The notes below the pieces were generated by a model, which was not told the origin of the DNA, made no database searches, and worked only from the letters and a program-made list of their open reading frames with translations. Shown here piece after piece: positions 34,101 through 44,110 of a DNA stretch of 64,000 nt. A program made the translations under genes and the position numbers. Source of the DNA: Acidobacteriota bacterium (GTDB lineage Bacteria > Actinomycetota > Acidimicrobiia > Acidimicrobiales > Palsa-688); NCBI GenBank assembly GCA_028876385.1, contig JAGWSF010000163.1, forward strand, positions 16,921 to 80,920. The letters run 5' to 3'. Position 1 is the stretch's first letter; each line of letters opens with the position of its first letter.

Positions 34101-34246
34101 CCGTCGTGGGTCCAGGCGTTCGCGTCCCGGCAGATGTCCTGCACGCAACCGGCCCGAGACTCGGTTGACCGGTTCATATCCCAGCTAAGCGCTCGGCCCC
34201 CCGAGCTATCCGTCATCACCAGCATCATTCAGAAGGGACGTCACCC

Positions 34247-35875
34247 GTGGTTCATCTCACCTCGCCGGCAGCGGCAGATTCGACCGGCCCCAAGCGGCGG
34301 GGGCACAAAGCTCAGCTCGTAGCCGCCTCGATGGCCGTCCTCGTCGCGGCCGGCTGCAGCTCGTCGGGCTCCGGTTCCAAGGGGGCGACGGCGACGACCG
34401 CGGCGGCGGGCGCGTCGAGCTCCCCGACCAGCGCCGCGGCGGCGCCCGGCCCGGCCACCTTGACGGTGGACCAGGCCAACTCCCCGGCCACCCTCGACCC
34501 GGGTCTGCAGTACGACACCGACAGCTATGTGGTCTACCGGAACATCTTCGATCAGCTGGTCCGCCGCGATCAGAAGACGCTGAAGATCGTTCCCTGGGTG
34601 GCGTCGTCGTGGACCAACCCGACGCCCACCACCTGGGTCTTCCAGATCCGTCCCGGCATCACCTTCACCAACGGCACCCCGCTGACCGGCAACGACGTCG
34701 CCTTCAGCATCAACCGGATCCTCGACAAGACCCTCAACAGCCCGCAGTACGCCAACTTCAGCGTCATCACCGGCGCGACGGGCACGACGAGCAGCGTCAC
34801 CATCACCACCAGCAACGCGTCGCCCACCCTCCTTTCCTACCTGACCACGCTGAGCATCGTCCCGCAGCAGTACGTGACCCAGGTCGGCAACCAGCAGTTC
34901 GACCTGCACCCCATCGGCTCGGGCCCCTACGAGCTGTCCAGCTGGGTCCAGGGAAGCCAGGTGACCCTGAAAGCCAACCCCACCTACTGGGGTGGCGCAC
35001 CGCCCTACCAGACGGTGGACTTCCGGACCGTGCCCACCGCCGCCACCCGCGTCGCCGACGTGGAGTCTGGGGCGGCCGACATCGCCCTCGAGCTGACCCC
35101 GGACAACGCCACCCAGCTCAAGGGCAACAGCAGCTCCCAGGTCATCGCCCAGCCCACAGAGCGGGTGGCCTACCTCGGCCTCAACGTCCTCGGGTCCACA
35201 CCGACCAGCTCGCTCGACGTACGCAAGGCCATCGCCTACGGCATCGACTACCAGGGTCTGATCAGCAGCCTCGAGCAGGGCTACGCCCAGCCCGTCAAGG
35301 AGGTGCTGTCCCCCAACGTGTTCGGCTACGACGCCAGCCTGTCGGGCTACACCTACGACCCGACCAAGGCCAAGCAGTTCCTGGCGCAAAGCGGCCTGGG
35401 TCACCCCACCCTGGTGTTCGCCACCTCACCCGCCTACCCGTCGTCGCTGGTCCAGGCCATCCAGGCCGAGTTGCAGGCGGTCGGCTTCACCGTGACCATC
35501 TCCACCACCGATCAGGCGACCTACCTGAAGAAGGTGCAGAGCCCGGCGCACGACTGGGGCAGCATCCGCTACGGCATCTGGTCCTGCTCTTGCCTCGACG
35601 CCGACGGTGTCATCTACCCGCTGTTCCACACCGGGTCGATCTGGAGCAGCTACTCCAACCCGGCGTTCGACACCGCCGTCCAGGCGGCCCGCACCAGTCT
35701 GGACAGCACCCAGCGTCTGTCCGACTACGCCACGGCGCTCAACATCCTGCAGCAGGACCTCCCCGGTATCGGACTGTGGCAGTACTACGCCATTGACGGG
35801 GCCAACAAGCACATCTCGTGGACGCCCGGACCTCAGGAGACCTTCTTCATCCCCCAGATCAAGTGGGTCGGGTAG
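34247..35875 (+). CDS. ABC transporter substrate-binding lipoprotein, family 5 (peptide/nickel, DppA/OppA-like)
   Basis: Lipobox LVAAGCSS. Family-5 motifs (YRNIFDQLV, FTNG.PLT..DV.FS). Confidence 0.9.
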   Translation: MVHLTSPAAADSTGPKRRGHKAQLVAASMAVLVAAGCSSSGSGSKGATATTAAAGASSSPTSAAAAPGPATLTVDQANSPATLDPGLQYDTDSYVVYRNIFDQLVRRDQKTLKIVPWVASSWTNPTPTTWVFQIRPGITFTNGTPLTGNDVAFSINRILDKTLNSPQYANFSVITGATGTTSSVTITTSNASPTLLSYLTTLSIVPQQYVTQVGNQQFDLHPIGSGPYELSSWVQGSQVTLKANPTYWGGAPPYQTVDFRTVPTAATRVADVESGAADIALELTPDNATQLKGNSSSQVIAQPTERVAYLGLNVLGSTPTSSLDVRKAIAYGIDYQGLISSLEQGYAQPVKEVLSPNVFGYDASLSGYTYDPTKAKQFLAQSGLGHPTLVFATSPAYPSSLVQAIQAELQAVGFTVTISTTDQATYLKKVQSPAHDWGSIRYGIWSCSCLDADGVIYPLFHTGSIWSSYSNPAFDTAVQAARTSLDSTQRLSDYATALNILQQDLPGIGLWQYYAIDGANKHISWTPGPQETFFIPQIKWVG

Positions 35876-35929
35876 ACACGGGCAAGCATACGGACACGCC
35901 TGACACGGACCTGAGAGGAGGCGTCTGAC

Positions 35930-36859
35930 ATGGCCCGCTACATCGCCGGGCGCCTCCTCCAGGCCGTGGTCACCCTGCTCGGGGTCGTCACGATCATTTT
36001 CTTCCTCGTGCGGCTCTCGGGTGACCCGGCCCGTTTGCTGGCGCCCCAGAACGCCACGGCCTCCGACATCGCCCGGATCCGTCACCAGCTGGGTCTCGAC
36101 ACGTCGCTGTGGAGCCAGTACGTGCATTTCCTCTCCCAGGCGTTGCACGGCAACTTCGGCTACTCGTACGTGCAGGACCAGCCGGCGATGCACATCGTGC
36201 TCAGCCGCTTCCCGAACACCGTCGAGTTGGCCGTCGGGGCGCTGGTGGTGGCCCTCGGGATCGGCATACCGGCGGGGATCCTCTCGGCGGTCTACCGGGG
36301 TCGCTGGCCCGAGCGGACCCTCATGCCTCTCATCCTGGTCGGCCAGAGCATGCCGGCCTTCTGGAGTGGGATCCTCCTGATCCTGGTGTTCAGCGTCCGG
36401 TTCCACCTGTTCCCCTCCTCGGGGCAGGGTGGGCTGCGGGCGCTGGTCCTGCCCGCCATCACCCTCGGTTCACTGTCGCTGGCCACCATCGCCCGCATGG
36501 CGAGAGGCTCGTTCCTCGAGCAACTCGACCGGGATTACGTCCGCACGGCGCGGGCCAAGGGCGCCTCCGGGATGAGGGTCATGTTCGGTCACGTGCTGCG
36601 CAACGCCCTGCTGCCGGTCCTGACCATCACCGGTCTGGAGGCCGCCAACCTGCTCGGGGGGGCCGTGCTGACCGAGGTGATCTTCGCCTGGCCGGGGGTC
36701 GGGCAGCTCACCGTGCAGTCGGTCAACGGCCGGGACTTCCCGGTGGTGCAGGCCGTGGTCCTCCTGGCGGCCATCGTCTACGTGGCGGTCAACCTGCTGG
36801 TCGACCTGCTCTACGGGGTGGTCGACCCGCGTCTGCGCCTCGCCGGGACGGCGTCGTGA
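35930..36859 (+). CDS. ABC transporter permease (DppB-like)
   Basis: MARYIAGRLLQAVVTLLGVVTIIFFLVRL, EQLDRDYVRTARAKG EAA loop. Confidence 0.9.
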   Translation: MARYIAGRLLQAVVTLLGVVTIIFFLVRLSGDPARLLAPQNATASDIARIRHQLGLDTSLWSQYVHFLSQALHGNFGYSYVQDQPAMHIVLSRFPNTVELAVGALVVALGIGIPAGILSAVYRGRWPERTLMPLILVGQSMPAFWSGILLILVFSVRFHLFPSSGQGGLRALVLPAITLGSLSLATIARMARGSFLEQLDRDYVRTARAKGASGMRVMFGHVLRNALLPVLTITGLEAANLLGGAVLTEVIFAWPGVGQLTVQSVNGRDFPVVQAVVLLAAIVYVAVNLLVDLLYGVVDPRLRLAGTAS

Positions 36860-37764
36860 TACCCGCCGAGGTCGCCGCCCCTCTCGGGCCGGCCGAGGTC
36901 CCGAGTGTGATCGGCGCCGAGCCGGGGCGGCACTCCTACCGGCGGGTTCTGCGGTGGTGGCCGCTGGCCGTGCTGGCCGTCGCCGCTTTCGCCGCGGCGT
37001 TCCCCTTCGTCCTCGCCCCCAACCTCCCCGACGCCACCGACCTGGTGGGCCGCCTCAAGGGACCGGGCACCACCGTGCACGGCACGAGCTACCTGCTCGG
37101 CACCGACTCCCTCGGGCGTGACGTGCTCAGCCGGGTCATCTGGGGTACCCGCATATCGATGACGGTGGCGGTGATCGCGGTCGTCGCCGGCGGCGTGGTC
37201 GGCAGCCTGTTGGGTATCCTCGCCGGCTCCCGCCGCAAGGTCCTCGGCGGGGTCATCATGCGTTTCGCCGACATGGTCCTGTCCATACCGTTCTTCCTCC
37301 TCGCCATCCTGGTGGTGGCCATACTCGGCCCCAGCCTGGTCAACACGGTGATCGTGCTGGCCACGGTGCGCTGGCCGAGGTACGCCCGGGTGGCTTTCGG
37401 CCAGACCCTCGAGGCCCACAGCCGCGAGTTCGTCAAAGCCTCGGTGGCCGTCGGGGTGGGCCCGTGGCGGCTGTTCCGGCGCCACATCCTGCCCGAGGTG
37501 CTCCCCTCCCTGATCGTGGTGGCCACCCTCGAGGTGGGCCTCATGATCATCTACGAGGCGGCCCTGTCGTTCATCGGTCTGGGCGCCCAGCCCCCGACCC
37601 CGAGCTGGGGCGCCATGCTGTCGGAGGGCCAGGAGTACGTGTCCACGGCCTGGTGGATCGCCACCTTCCCGGGCCTGGCCCTGTTCGTCATAGTCGTCTC
37701 GGTCAACCGCCTCGGCGACCTGCTCAGGGACCGGCTCGACCCCCGCCAGAGGAGCCCCCGTTGA
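36856..37764 (+). CDS. ABC transporter permease (DppC-like)
   Basis: GTGA overlap with the upstream stop. LGTDSLGRDVLSRVIWG, with EAA-loop-containing TM topology. Confidence 0.9.
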   Translation: MIPAEVAAPLGPAEVPSVIGAEPGRHSYRRVLRWWPLAVLAVAAFAAAFPFVLAPNLPDATDLVGRLKGPGTTVHGTSYLLGTDSLGRDVLSRVIWGTRISMTVAVIAVVAGGVVGSLLGILAGSRRKVLGGVIMRFADMVLSIPFFLLAILVVAILGPSLVNTVIVLATVRWPRYARVAFGQTLEAHSREFVKASVAVGVGPWRLFRRHILPEVLPSLIVVATLEVGLMIIYEAALSFIGLGAQPPTPSWGAMLSEGQEYVSTAWWIATFPGLALFVIVVSVNRLGDLLRDRLDPRQRSPR

Positions 37765-38555
37765 ACACCCGCAGCACCCCTTTCCCCGATCTGGGCGCCG
37801 AGTTGGCCACCAAGCGGGTGGTGGTGACCGGTGCCGTCGGGGTGATCGGGGGATGGATCGCCGACGCCTTCGCCGGCTGCGGCAGCCGGCTGCTGCTCTG
37901 CGACGCCCGCCACGACCGACTGGCGGCCCTCGTCGAGTCGGGACGCTGGGGCGACGCCTCACAGGTCGAAGTCCACGGCTGTGACCTCACCGACACGGCA
38001 TCGCTGTCGGGTCTGGTGGACCGCATCGGCGACACCTTCGGCGCCCCCGACATAGTGGTCAACAACGCCGGCATCTACCCCCACGGACCCCTCCTCGACC
38101 TGGCCACCGAGGACTGGCAGGAGGTGCTCGACGTCAATCTCACCGCCCCGTTCGTGATCACCCGCGACACCGCCCGCCTCATGATCAGCGAGGGCGCGGA
38201 GGGGTCCATCGTCAACATCGCCTCGGGGGCGGCGGTCACCGTCGCCCCCGGCGGGGTGGCCTACTCGGTCTCCAAAGCGGCTCTGGCCATGTTCACCAGG
38301 GGGGCGGCCCTGGAGCTGGCCCCCCACCGGATTCGGGTCAACGCAGTGGGGCCGGGCTTCGCCCCCGGCAGCGAGGTCAGCGAGCTCGACGACGCCTACA
38401 TCGAGCGGATGCTGAGCCGCATTCCTCTGGGCCGGACCTCGGGCCCCGGCGATGCCGCGTCCATGGTCCTCTACCTGGCCTCGAGCGCCGCCTCGTTCAT
38501 AACCGGCGCCCTGTTCCACGTCGACGGGGGCCGGGTGGCCGGGGCCGGGCTGTGA
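37761..38555 (+). CDS. SDR-family oxidoreductase embedded in the ABC operon
   Basis: TTGA overlap start. VVVTGAVGVIGGWIA, NNAG, YSVSKAAL. Confidence 0.8.
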   Translation: MNTRSTPFPDLGAELATKRVVVTGAVGVIGGWIADAFAGCGSRLLLCDARHDRLAALVESGRWGDASQVEVHGCDLTDTASLSGLVDRIGDTFGAPDIVVNNAGIYPHGPLLDLATEDWQEVLDVNLTAPFVITRDTARLMISEGAEGSIVNIASGAAVTVAPGGVAYSVSKAALAMFTRGAALELAPHRIRVNAVGPGFAPGSEVSELDDAYIERMLSRIPLGRTSGPGDAASMVLYLASSAASFITGALFHVDGGRVAGAGL

Positions 38556-39526
38556 CCTCCGAGGCCCGACCCGGCGGTCCCGGCGGTCCCGACGCCCGAC
38601 CCGGCGGTCCCGGCGGTCCCGACGCCCGACCCGGCGGTCCCGACGCCCGACCCGGCAGTCCCGACGCCCGACCCGGCGGTCCCGACGGGGTGCCCCCCGC
38701 CTACGAGTGGCCGGCGGGCAAGTCGGCGGCGGCCGTGGTGAGCGTCGACTTCGACGGGCCGACCCCCTATCTGTGGACCTCGCGCCACAGCCCGAAGCAG
38801 CTCATGGGCGAACTCGAGCAACGAAGGTTCGGTCCCCGCCAGGGGGTGTGGCGGATCCTGGCCCTGCTGGAGCGGCTCCAGATCCCCGCTACGTTCTACG
38901 TCCCCGGAGCCATCGCCGAGGCCCACCCCGCGGCGGTGCGGGCCATCCTCGCCGCCGGCCACGAGGTCGGCATGCACGGCTACCTGCACGAGCGCCTCGA
39001 CGACCTGGACCCCGACGAGGTCGGCGACATCCTGGACCGTTCGCTGCAGGCCCTGGCCGCCGCCGGCGCCGCCCCGCCGTTCGGCTACCGCTCCCCGTCG
39101 TGGGAGATGACCCGGGGGGCCTGGGACAAGCTCCGCACGGCCGGCGTCGCCTACGACAGCTCCCTGATGGGCCACGACCACCCCTACTGGCTCGACGGCC
39201 TCATCGAGGTCCCGGTCCAGTGGCAGCTCGACGACGCCATCTTCTACCGGTACGTGCACGGCTCCACCCGGGCGCCGGTACCGGCGTCGGTGGTCATGGA
39301 CGACTGGGCCCGGGAGGTCGACGCCCTCGGCCGGTTCGGAGGTCTGGCCATGCTCACCGTGCATCCGTGGCTGTCGGGACGGGCGGGCCGGCTGGTGGCC
39401 TTCGAGGAGATGCTGCGCCGGGCCGGTGAGCACGACGGAATCTGGTGGACCACGGCGGCCGAGGTGGCCGACCACCACCGGGTCCGCTACCAGGAGAGCC
39501 ACGGCTCGGGGACGACCGAACTGTGA
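38552..39526 (+). CDS. Polysaccharide-deacetylase (CE4/NodB-homology) family protein with a repeat-encoded N-terminus
   Basis: VSVDFDG (motif 1), HEVGMHGYLHE (motif 2), YRSPSWE (motif 3). GTGA overlap with the SDR stop. Confidence 0.8.
   Translation: MTSEARPGGPGGPDARPGGPGGPDARPGGPDARPGSPDARPGGPDGVPPAYEWPAGKSAAAVVSVDFDGPTPYLWTSRHSPKQLMGELEQRRFGPRQGVWRILALLERLQIPATFYVPGAIAEAHPAAVRAILAAGHEVGMHGYLHERLDDLDPDEVGDILDRSLQALAAAGAAPPFGYRSPSWEMTRGAWDKLRTAGVAYDSSLMGHDHPYWLDGLIEVPVQWQLDDAIFYRYVHGSTRAPVPASVVMDDWAREVDALGRFGGLAMLTVHPWLSGRAGRLVAFEEMLRRAGEHDGIWWTTAAEVADHHRVRYQESHGSGTTEL
38564..38686. repeat. Tandem repeat of 30+30+21+21+21 bp at the 5' end of the deacetylase CDS
   Basis: gcccgacccggcggtccc(ggcggtccc)gac units, boundaries counted base by base. 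It encodes ARPGGPGGPD / ARPGGPD. Confidence 0.9.
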
Positions 39527-40614
39527 GCCGGGCGGTGAACCGACCCGTGAGCGACGGTGTGACCGACGACCGGGTGCTGGCCGGCCAGGACCCGGTGCTG
39601 GCCGTCGAGGACCCGGTGCTGGCCGTCGAGGACCTCTCGGTGTGCTTCGACGCCGGGCGGCAACTGAAGGCGCTGTCACAGGTGTCGGTGACCGTCGGGC
39701 GGGCCGAGATCGTCGGGGTCGTGGGCGAGAGCGGCTGCGGCAAGAGCCTGACGGCCCTGTCGGTGATGGGGCTGCTCCCCCGCAACGCCACCGTGACCGG
39801 CGGCCGGGTGGTCCTCGAGGGCGTCGATCTCGGCTCGCTGAGCGAGCGCCAACGGCGCGACCTGAGGGGCCGGCGGATGTCCATGGTCTTCCAGGAGCCG
39901 ATGGTCGCCCTCAACCCGCTGATGCGGGCCGGCCGCCAGGTCACCGAGGTCCTGTCGGTGCATTCGCTGCTCAGCCGCCCGGCCCGCAAGGAGCGGACCC
40001 TGGCCCTCTTCCGGGAGGTGGGGCTGGCCGATCCCGAAGCCCGCTACCGGCAGTACCCCCACCAACTGTCGGGGGGGATGCGCCAACGGGTGATGATCGC
40101 CATGGCCCTGGCCGCCGAGCCGTCGCTGCTCATCGCCGACGAGCCGACCACCGCCCTCGACCCGACGGTGCAGAGCCAGATCCTGCAGATCTTCCTCGAC
40201 ATCAGGGAACGGCTCGGCACCTCGGTCCTGCTGGTCACCCACGACATGGGCGTCATCGCCGAGGTCGCCGACCGGGTCACGGTGATGTACGCCGGCCGGG
40301 TCGTCGAGTCGGCGCCGGTGTCGGAGCTCTTCCATCGGCCGGCCCACCCCTACACGGCGGGGCTCCTGGCCAGCATCCCGGCCCGCAATGCCGACCGGGG
40401 GCCGGCCGAGGACCTGCCGACCATTCCCGGGCGGGTACCGGCGCTGGGTGAGATCACCGCCGGCTGCCCGTTCGCCCCGCGCTGCGAGCGGGCCCAGCCG
40501 CGCTGCCGGCAGGAGGAACCAGGCCTGCTCGACGCCGGCCCGGCCCATCTGGCGGCCTGCTGGTTCCCGTTGGAGCAGGACGGCCTCCCGGCGCCGGCGG
40601 GGAGCGAGACATGA
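39523..40614 (+). CDS. ABC transporter ATP-binding protein (DppD-like)
   Basis: GESGCGKS Walker A, LSGGMRQR signature, LLIADEPTTALD. Confidence 0.9.
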   Translation: MSRAVNRPVSDGVTDDRVLAGQDPVLAVEDPVLAVEDLSVCFDAGRQLKALSQVSVTVGRAEIVGVVGESGCGKSLTALSVMGLLPRNATVTGGRVVLEGVDLGSLSERQRRDLRGRRMSMVFQEPMVALNPLMRAGRQVTEVLSVHSLLSRPARKERTLALFREVGLADPEARYRQYPHQLSGGMRQRVMIAMALAAEPSLLIADEPTTALDPTVQSQILQIFLDIRERLGTSVLLVTHDMGVIAEVADRVTVMYAGRVVESAPVSELFHRPAHPYTAGLLASIPARNADRGPAEDLPTIPGRVPALGEITAGCPFAPRCERAQPRCRQEEPGLLDAGPAHLAACWFPLEQDGLPAPAGSET

Positions 40615-41648
40615 CCTCGTCCCCTCCGCCGGAGCTGTCGCCTTCGCCGCCGGCCGGCGCCCGCGCCGAGGTCCTCGTCGAGTGCACCGACGTGGTCAAG
40701 ACCTACCAGACGTCGGCCTCGCTGCTCGGCCGGCGGTCCATGCGGGCGGTGGACGGGGTGTCGTTCACCGTCACCGCCGGATCGGTCATGGGCCTGGTCG
40801 GCGAGACCGGTTCGGGCAAGTCCACCACCGGACGCCTGGTGCTCGGGCTCGAGCGGCCCACCTCCGGACGGGTGGTCTTCGCCGGCCAGGACCTGGCCTC
40901 CATGTCGGGCGGGGACCTGCGCCGGTTGAGACGGCAGATGCAGCCCGTCGCCCAGGACCCCTACTCGGCGCTCAACGGGCGCATGCGGGTGTCAGAGATA
41001 CTCGCCGAGCCGTTCATCGTCCACCGGACCGTCCCCAAAACCCAGATCCGGCGTCACACCGAGGAACTGGTGGACCTGGTGGGCCTGCCCGCCGACAGCC
41101 TCGACCGCTACCCCCACGAGTTCTCCGGCGGCCAGCGGCAGCGGATCGTGATCGCCCGGGCCATCGCCCTGCAACCCCGCCTCATCGTCTGCGACGAGCC
41201 CCTGTCGGCTCTCGACGTGTCGGTCCAGTCGCAGATCATCAACCTGCTGCGGCGCCTGCAGGCGGAGTTCTCGCTCACCTACCTGTTCATCTCCCACGAC
41301 CTGGGCATCGTCCGGCTGCTCTGCGACACAGTGGCGGTCATGTACCTGGGGCAGCTGATGGAACTGGCCAGCCGCGACGCCCTCTTCGACGCCCCCGCCC
41401 ACCCCTACACCCGGGCCCTGCTGGCGTCGGTACCGGTGAGCGACCCGCTGGAGCGGCGCAGCCGGGAGCGGCGCCCCATCGGCGGGGAGGCCGAACGCGA
41501 CCTCACCGCCGCGCCGGGCTGCCCCTTCCAGGCCCGCTGCCCCCTGGCCGAGGAGCAGTGCCGGCAGCGGCGACCGGAGTGGCGTCAGATCGAGCCGGGC
41601 CACTTCGTGGCCTGCCACCTGGCCGGACCCGGACGCCCGGCGGCGTGA
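40611..41648 (+). CDS. ABC transporter ATP-binding protein (DppF-like)
   Basis: GETGSGKST, FSGGQRQR, LIVCDEPLSALD. ATGA overlap with the upstream stop. Confidence 0.9.
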   Translation: MTSSPPPELSPSPPAGARAEVLVECTDVVKTYQTSASLLGRRSMRAVDGVSFTVTAGSVMGLVGETGSGKSTTGRLVLGLERPTSGRVVFAGQDLASMSGGDLRRLRRQMQPVAQDPYSALNGRMRVSEILAEPFIVHRTVPKTQIRRHTEELVDLVGLPADSLDRYPHEFSGGQRQRIVIARAIALQPRLIVCDEPLSALDVSVQSQIINLLRRLQAEFSLTYLFISHDLGIVRLLCDTVAVMYLGQLMELASRDALFDAPAHPYTRALLASVPVSDPLERRSRERRPIGGEAERDLTAAPGCPFQARCPLAEEQCRQRRPEWRQIEPGHFVACHLAGPGRPAA

Positions 41649-44110
41649 CCGACCGCATCGAGGTCGACGGGCTGGAGGGTACGGCTACCATCGCCCGGGA
41701 CGGCCACGGGATCCCCCACATCCGGGCCGCCGCGACCGCCGACGCCTGGTTCGCCATGGGCTTCGCCAGCGCCCAGGACCGGCTTTTCCAGATGGACTAC
41801 GACCGGCGTCGGGCCACCGGCCGCTGGGCCGAGATCGCCGGCCAGCGGGCCCTCCCGGCCGACGTGCTGGCCCGCCGGCTGTCCCTGACGGCCGCGGCGC
41901 GCGCCGACCTCGAGGCCATGTCGGACGAGGTCCGGGCGGCTTTCGAGCACTACGCGGCCGGCGTCAACGCCGTCATCGCCTCGGGGACGGTACCGCTCGA
42001 GTGCTCGGTGCTCGGCTACCAGCCCGAACCGTGGGAGCCCTGGCACTCGGTGGCCGCGTTCAAGGTGCGCCACGTGCTCATGGGCCTGTGGCAGCACAAA
42101 CTGGCCCAGGCCATGATCCTGGCCCGCAGCGGCCGTGACGCCCTGCGGCGCCTCGACACCCGGGTGCCGCTCGGCGCCGCCCTCACGGCGCCGTCCGGGG
42201 CGCGCCTGAGGCGTCTAGTGGCCGAAGCGGCCGAGGAGATATCCGCCGTCGAGCCGTATCTGGGCTTCCTCGCCGAGACCGAGCCTGGATCCAACGCCTG
42301 GGCCGTCGCCGGGCACCGCACCGCCCACGGTGCGGCGGTGATCTGCAACGACTCCCACCGAGCCCTCGACACCCCGAACGTGTACTGGCAGTGCCACGTC
42401 ACCTGCGACGCGTTCGATGTGATCGGGGCCACCTTCCCCGGCCTCCCGGGCTTCCCCCACTTCGGTCACAACGGCCGCGTGGCGTGGGCCATCACCCACG
42501 CCACCGCCGACACCCAGGACCTCTACGTCGAATGGTTCGACCCCGCTCAACCCGGTCGCTACCGGACCCCCGACGGCTGGGAGTCGGCCGAGCACCGCTC
42601 GGAGTCGATATCGGTGCGGGAGGCGGCGCCGGTCGACATCGACGTGTGGCGGACCCGTCACGGGCCAGTCGTGCACGGCGATCCCCGGCAGGGCCTGGCC
42701 CTGGCCCTGAGGTACACGGCCACCGACGGGCCGGGACGGGGCTTCGAGGCGCTGCCGGCCATGCTCGCCGCCCGGGGGGTCTCGGAGCTGATCGAGGCCC
42801 AGCGCGACTGGGTGGACCCGGTCAACAATCTCCTGGCCGCCGACGTCGAGGGGCGGATCGCCTACCAGACCCGGGGGCGGCTGCCGGTCCGTTCGTCACC
42901 GGCCCATCGCCGTCTCCCGGTTCCGGGCTGGACGGGGACCGACGAGTGGACGGCGACGGTGCCCTTCGAGCAGATGCCGCGGGTCGTGGACCCCGACGTC
43001 GGCTACCTGCTCACGGCCAACAACGTGATCTGCGACGGCGACGAGCCCTACATCTCCTACAGCTTCGCCGACCCGTTCCGGGCCGAGCGCATCCGCCAGC
43101 GGCTGGCCCGCCCCGGCCGGCTGGACCGCCACGACCTCGCCGACCTGCAGGGGGACGTGACGTCGGTTGCCGCGACCTGGACGGCGGCCACCTTGGCCGG
43201 CCACGAGCCGTTCCCCGCCGATGATCCCGCCGAAACGGCCCGGACCATGCTGGCGGGCTGGAACGGCGAGCTGCGCCGGGAATCCCCCGAGGCGCTGCTG
43301 TACGGCTGCTTCCGGCGGGTCCTCGTCGAGCAGCTGTACCGCCCGGCGGTCGGGCCGGCCACCTGGGAGTGGATGCTCTCCGAGGCCGTCCCGGCGACGG
43401 GAGTGGTGATCCGCAGGTCGTCGGGGCGGGAGCTGTGGGAGTACCTCGGCGGCCCGACCCCGCCGGAGGGGACCGCTACGCCGGAGGGGGCGGCCCGACC
43501 CGAGGGGGCGGAGCCGGGCGGAGGCGGCGGTGACATGCCGGAGGGGGCGGCGCCGGGCGGAGGCGGGGGTGACATGCCGGAGGAGGCGGAGCCGGGCGGA
43601 GCCGGGGGCGACATCCCCGAGGTCCTACGGGCGGCCCTGCGCGAGGCGTGGGCCGACGCCTGCGCCATGGCCGGCCCCGATCCCCGGTCGTGGCGGTGGG
43701 GGGGCCACCACCGTCTCGTGCCGAGCCATCCGCTCGGCACGCTGGCAATAGCGTGGCCGGTGAAAATGGAGGCTGGTGCAGTGGAGATGGGTGGTGACGG
43801 GGACACCGTCCAGGCCGCCTCCTACGGGTGGCGGCGCCGGACGCCGTTCCAGGTCACCGGGCTGTCGGTCTACCGCCAGGTGGTCGACCTGGCCGAGCCG
43901 GCGGCCGCCGAGTGGATCATTCCCGGTGGCGCCTCGGGCGACCCCCGCAGCCCCCACTTCGCCGATCAGCTCGGACCCTGGGCCGACCACGGACGCATCG
44001 CCATGCTCTACCGGCCCGAAGACGTGAACGCCGCCACCCGCGCCACCACGGTGCTGGTCGCCCGGGGACTCCCCAGCCCCGACGATGAGGAGGGACACGG
44101 ACAAAGATGA
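41645..44110 (+). CDS. Penicillin-amidase/acylase family (Ntn hydrolase, S45) protein, no signal peptide
   Basis: GIPHIRAAATADAWFAMGFASAQDRLFQMD, a nucleophile region EPGSNAWAV, and NDSH. GTGA overlap start. The ORF-track start 40388 is an out-of-context extension. Confidence 0.85.
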   Translation: MTDRIEVDGLEGTATIARDGHGIPHIRAAATADAWFAMGFASAQDRLFQMDYDRRRATGRWAEIAGQRALPADVLARRLSLTAAARADLEAMSDEVRAAFEHYAAGVNAVIASGTVPLECSVLGYQPEPWEPWHSVAAFKVRHVLMGLWQHKLAQAMILARSGRDALRRLDTRVPLGAALTAPSGARLRRLVAEAAEEISAVEPYLGFLAETEPGSNAWAVAGHRTAHGAAVICNDSHRALDTPNVYWQCHVTCDAFDVIGATFPGLPGFPHFGHNGRVAWAITHATADTQDLYVEWFDPAQPGRYRTPDGWESAEHRSESISVREAAPVDIDVWRTRHGPVVHGDPRQGLALALRYTATDGPGRGFEALPAMLAARGVSELIEAQRDWVDPVNNLLAADVEGRIAYQTRGRLPVRSSPAHRRLPVPGWTGTDEWTATVPFEQMPRVVDPDVGYLLTANNVICDGDEPYISYSFADPFRAERIRQRLARPGRLDRHDLADLQGDVTSVAATWTAATLAGHEPFPADDPAETARTMLAGWNGELRRESPEALLYGCFRRVLVEQLYRPAVGPATWEWMLSEAVPATGVVIRRSSGRELWEYLGGPTPPEGTATPEGAARPEGAEPGGGGGDMPEGAAPGGGGGDMPEEAEPGGAGGDIPEVLRAALREAWADACAMAGPDPRSWRWGGHHRLVPSHPLGTLAIAWPVKMEAGAVEMGGDGDTVQAASYGWRRRTPFQVTGLSVYRQVVDLAEPAAAEWIIPGGASGDPRSPHFADQLGPWADHGRIAMLYRPEDVNAATRATTVLVARGLPSPDDEEGHGQR
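43502..43618. repeat. 3 x 39-bp tandem repeat inside the acylase CDS
   Basis: gagggggcggagccgggcggaggcggcggtgacatgccg x3, encoding EGAEPGGGGGDMP units. Confidence 0.85.

Noticed and set aside
38564-38686. Could the regular GC-rich direct repeats be CRISPR arrays? Examples: 38564..38686, 54829..54888, 56931..56990.
   Set aside because: The units are contiguous with no unique spacers. They are far shorter than CRISPR repeats, mostly lie inside CDSs, and there are no cas genes.
40388-41644. ORF-track N-terminal extensions that overlap upstream genes. Examples: acylase from 40388, P450 from 22677, ThDP enzyme from 53769, FAH from 48792, SDR from 49190, permease from 55482, DppC from 36109.
   Set aside because: In each case the homologous region begins at an internal ATG/GTG/TTG that forms a 4-bp overlap with, or sits just after, the upstream stop. 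The extensions are low-complexity and overlap well-supported genes in another frame.
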